64,000 nt of DNA from a virus. Taxonomy: Duplodnaviria > Caudoviricetes. The notes under the pieces are model-generated. The model was given only the letters and a program-made list of their open reading frames with translations. It was not told the DNA's origin and did no database searches. The position numbers and the translations under genes are program-made. Below are positions 62,201-64,000 of the stretch, in pieces. Position 1 is the stretch's first letter. The number at the start of each line of letters is the position of its first letter. The stretch is taken from IMG/VR virus record IMGVR_UViG_3300046528_000200, positions 1 to 64,000 of that record. The stretch is one strand, 5' to 3'.

Positions 62201-62890
62201 GTGGATCTGCTGCAAGCCGTCGTAGCCGTACTTCTCGCACAGCGCCTCGAACTTCTTCGGGCCGAAGCCCGGGCAGCCCTTGATGTTGTCGCTCGAGTCA
62301 CCGACCAGCGCCTTGTAGGTCGTGACCAGGTGATAGTCGAAGGTGCCGTACTTGTTGTACTCGAACATCTCGTTGATCCACGTCGAGACACGCGCGCCGT
62401 GCGCGTTCGGGTGCAGGTTCAGCACCGTCAGGTCGTTGTCGAACGTGAAGACGATCAGGTCGTCCTCGGTGTTGTGAGCCAGCCACCCAAGCGTGTCGTC
62501 GCCCTCGGCGAAGTCCTGCGTGAGCACCTGCGCGCCCAACTCGAGGAAGGTCTGCTTGAGCATCGCGCGCAGCTTCTCGAACTGCTCGTACGCGGCCGGG
62601 TGCCGGCTGCTGGCGCCGCCGCCCTTGTACTGGTTGTCGATCAGGAGACGCTTGCCCTTGCTGTTCTGACCTTCGAACACCAGGATCACGTCGATCGGGT
62701 TGAGCTTGTACGCCTTCATGCAGTCGAGCATGCGGCCCAGCGTGTTGTCGTAGCCATACAGCGCGCTGTTGATGTAGACCTTCTTGCCTTCGTGCTCGAC
62801 TTCGAAGCCGTTTTCTTTGTCGGTGCCCCAGGACATCATCGTCCACATGAAGGACGAGCAGTCGAAGGCGCCGCGACGGTATTTTTTCAT
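59255..62890 (-). CDS. polA: Family A DNA polymerase with fused 5'-3' nuclease and 3'-5' exonuclease
   Basis: FEN motifs EGDD and LVGDSSDNIKG.PGFGPK; exonuclease motifs LDIET, QN..FE, YGVDD; polymerase motifs A (DFDSQE), B (RNLGKKVNF..EYG) and C (IHDE). Confidence 0.96.
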   Translation of the reverse strand: MKKYRRGAFDCSSFMWTMMSWGTDKENGFEVEHEGKKVYINSALYGYDNTLGRMLDCMKAYKLNPIDVILVFEGQNSKGKRLLIDNQYKGGGASSRHPAAYEQFEKLRAMLKQTFLELGAQVLTQDFAEGDDTLGWLAHNTEDDLIVFTFDNDLTVLNLHPNAHGARVSTWINEMFEYNKYGTFDYHLVTTYKALVGDSSDNIKGCPGFGPKKFEALCEKYGYDGLQQIHDMLARSDLSPLGDFIGKDDKLLQLILDNAPQVIRCFDLARVRPEWVNTMRQPLQWEAGMVRQLAPTDRDPRLKPWYGRTRLITGSTFEQAIAWAMPHICAHHEVSLDIETSTPDESDEWLAALGDPDGVDVFGSMLTGLALTFGPNNQYSLYFPVDHADTDNVDSELLRQFIASIPQEIALIIQNVSFELTVLFNEWGARQMDNGYHGFLPNVRDTKFEANYVNENIPVGLKERSHGTLGYRQQTYKETCEITAPVDQLFKGGRLVREDYQYRTVGTGKFEPLTDEEVAAGIVPMEITKPELVEVESGEIGEDGKPVMVPVVATQTRRYKMNELPATHVVGYGVDDTICTIALHNYYKLFMQLEHSYRVYLEVELDAAYQHAKNFIDGTEISVARCKELEREDDITYEKAWGVVRQYLIEQGWAGTSPPVYTVDITPAQIKEAYTIVTGEVLDTMMRTPSKIVTFIRTETEHLQFAEMLDRLVQMQPVSTALQESLKAAGFEVRPPDFQMSEQQLTDNARVCAAEKEFTTYVRRHFKGEPQFNKGSPIQMQRLMYEVMGLPVKVRNMPTEAMKKAGIREGSPKTDLLAVAYGLQDCTPEQKPVLEALKLMGMVTTRRSLYYSKYPYFTHWKDGRVRSQHNQCSTVTRRASESKPNKQQLPKHQKIEGQEAKFREVIVPHRPGAVIVSMDFDSQEMVLIAFQSQDPNALSCFQGEKRKSPHTITGLGIIREEEGLDWTYEDFEAALASGDKVLAKHVKDIRNLGKKVNFTAEYGAMAEKVAATLMIPVERAQLFLDAREAMYPVAQQWKEDIKAEVKENGVVRTLGGGVRHLSDQLLNGTNFEKSKAERQAVNFKVQGPAGEQTKLAEGRMWRDNLSYDFDAVCYGPIHDEVVWSVMIDDLPAFLPRCHAAMTAPFATMDLEVVSTISFGPNFYRQTEIGAYPTPDAIRDGLLEMHLGMIARGETTWEQSWIENEVQLLEAA

Positions 62891-63063
62891 TGAAAACTCC
62901 CGATAATGATTGCTGCCGCAAGCCAGATCGTCATCCTGATTTCGTGGTGCGCGACCTTCCCCTCATTCTGGCGACAGGCGTACCAACCAGCGTAGACGGT
63001 GTGAGTCACAGCTGATGCCGCACACCAGCCAAGGCCCGTAATCGTCACACCTGCGATAGTCAT
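62887..63063 (-). CDS. Small membrane protein
   Basis: Start MTIAG at ATGA overlap. Confidence 0.55.
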   Translation of the reverse strand: MTIAGVTITGLGWCAASAVTHTVYAGWYACRQNEGKVAHHEIRMTIWLAAAIIIGSFQ

Positions 63064-63296
63064 GCCCGCCTCCGCATCTTTTCCTGCCGCTCGACCTCGC
63101 ATTGGCAAGTCGTGCAGCGCACCCGCTTGTAGGCGATGCGCACGGCCGGCAGAGTCTCACCGCAGTCGATACAGTCGACGCCGTTGAAGTCCGGGTGGGT
63201 TTGCGTCAGCTGGGTGCGCACGCGTGCCAGGGCGTCCACGTTGGCCTGCTCCTGCAGCTCGGCGGCCATATCGAGTTCGTCGCTGCGCTCGCTCAT
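63060..63296 (-). CDS. TraR/DksA C4 zinc-finger protein
   Basis: DELDMA (DxxDxA) and CIDCG...RCTTCQ. Confidence 0.9.
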   Translation of the reverse strand: MSERSDELDMAAELQEQANVDALARVRTQLTQTHPDFNGVDCIDCGETLPAVRIAYKRVRCTTCQCEVERQEKMRRRA

Positions 63297-63820
63297 TTGA
63301 GACCCTCGAGCACGGTGTAGTGCAGCTGCAGGAACAGCGCTTCGATGGTGCTATCGTTCACGATGACGTGGTCACCGGCACGGAAAGCAATGCCTGCCTC
63401 CGACGCATGCCTAGCGTTGGCGCCCAGCTCAGCTGCGCGACCGGTCACATGCAGCACCTTGCCGCCCAAGCGCCGGATCATCGCGGCCTCGTTCTCGAAG
63501 CGCACATCCGAGAAGACGACGCGCGGGATGCGCATCGACTGCAGCTTCATCTCCATGACCTTGACCCAGATTTCCGGATCCAGTCCGCGGCCCCATTCGG
63601 TGCCCAGACGCTGCGCCGCCTCGCGCCAGGTAAAGCTGAAGCCCTCGATCAGCAACTCCTTGGCCGCGCGGTCAGTTGGCTCCGGCAAGCCGGCAACCTC
63701 CAGCATCTCCTTGAGCGGCCCAGCAAACGACAGCTTCAGAAAGCCGTGCTCACGCACGAGGTAGTCGGCAACCGTATCCTTGCCAGCGCCGGCCTTGCCG
63801 GTGATCCCTGCTAAAATCAT
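63293..63820 (-). CDS. Deoxynucleoside monophosphate kinase
   Basis: GKAGAGKDT, FAGPLK, Q.LGTE, DVRF.NE. Confidence 0.92.
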   Translation of the reverse strand: MILAGITGKAGAGKDTVADYLVREHGFLKLSFAGPLKEMLEVAGLPEPTDRAAKELLIEGFSFTWREAAQRLGTEWGRGLDPEIWVKVMEMKLQSMRIPRVVFSDVRFENEAAMIRRLGGKVLHVTGRAAELGANARHASEAGIAFRAGDHVIVNDSTIEALFLQLHYTVLEGLK

Positions 63821-64000
63821 GATTTATCCCTGTTGTGGAGCCAGTTGAAGAACCGGCGAAAGTAAAAGCTTCGAACCAACGAAACGACGGTGAAGAAAAC
63901 GGTGATGCTCAGGCTGTCCAGCGGCGAGCTGTGCAGATGCCAGAGCGGGTTGACAAAGTAGTGCTGCAGCACCACGCTGAGAAGAAACGCGACCAGCGTG
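63817..64000 (-). CDS. Membrane protein, C-terminal part (starts beyond window)
   Basis: ...ITVFFTVVSLVRSFYFRRFFNWLHNRDKS*; ATGA overlap. Confidence 0.7.
   Translation of the reverse strand, partial: TLVAFLLSVVLQHYFVNPLWHLHSSPLDSLSITVFFTVVSLVRSFYFRRFFNWLHNRDKS

Larger units (their letters stand above)
1..64000. mobile_element. Tailed dsDNA bacteriophage genome segment (siphovirus-like)
   Basis: Complete packaging, head, tail and lysis modules, a replication module and dense early ORFs; no host housekeeping operons; long TMP and tail tube with no sheath gene. Confidence 0.97.

Noticed and set aside
56014-63820. Hypermodified-base pathway suggested by ThyA plus dNMP kinase
   Set aside because: ThyA has the canonical PPCH and the dUMP-specifying Asn (PFNIASY), and no modification enzymes are visible in the window.

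Overview
The whole window is part of one GC-rich tailed dsDNA phage genome, probably a siphovirus of a betaproteobacterial-type host (host is inference). It has four parts. (1) 1-17.9 kb: about 55 small, translationally coupled (ATGA/GTGA overlap) minus-strand early genes. They include RadC/JAB, a stand-alone IS5 N-terminal domain, three paralogues and, at the window edge, a PP-loop PAPS-reductase-like gene. (2) 17.9-21.7 kb: a compositionally odd control island with two AT-rich regions carrying A-tracts, a degenerate HNH gene, a cos/pac-like dyad and a ~700-nt gene-free stretch (19690-20390). That stretch folds on the minus strand into a dense, nested, partly pseudoknotted RNA and is the best candidate here for an undescribed system, a large phage ncRNA. 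(3) 21.7-50.4 kb, plus strand: GpA-type terminase, portal, S49 protease, capsid, neck, tail tube, frameshifted tail chaperones, a 2304-aa tape measure with C-terminal DUF4214-like repeats, an Ig-domain tail protein, a CBM-bearing Dit-like protein, the lysis cassette (holins, GH19 endolysin, embedded spanins) and a metallophosphoesterase. (4) 50.4-64 kb, minus strand: SbcCD-like nuclease, resolvase, ThyA, ATP-dependent ligase, PolA with a fused 5' nuclease, TraR/DksA and dNMP kinase. I saw no integrase, tRNA, CRISPR array or reverse transcriptase. All calls come from reading motifs by eye; no database searches or folding software were run.
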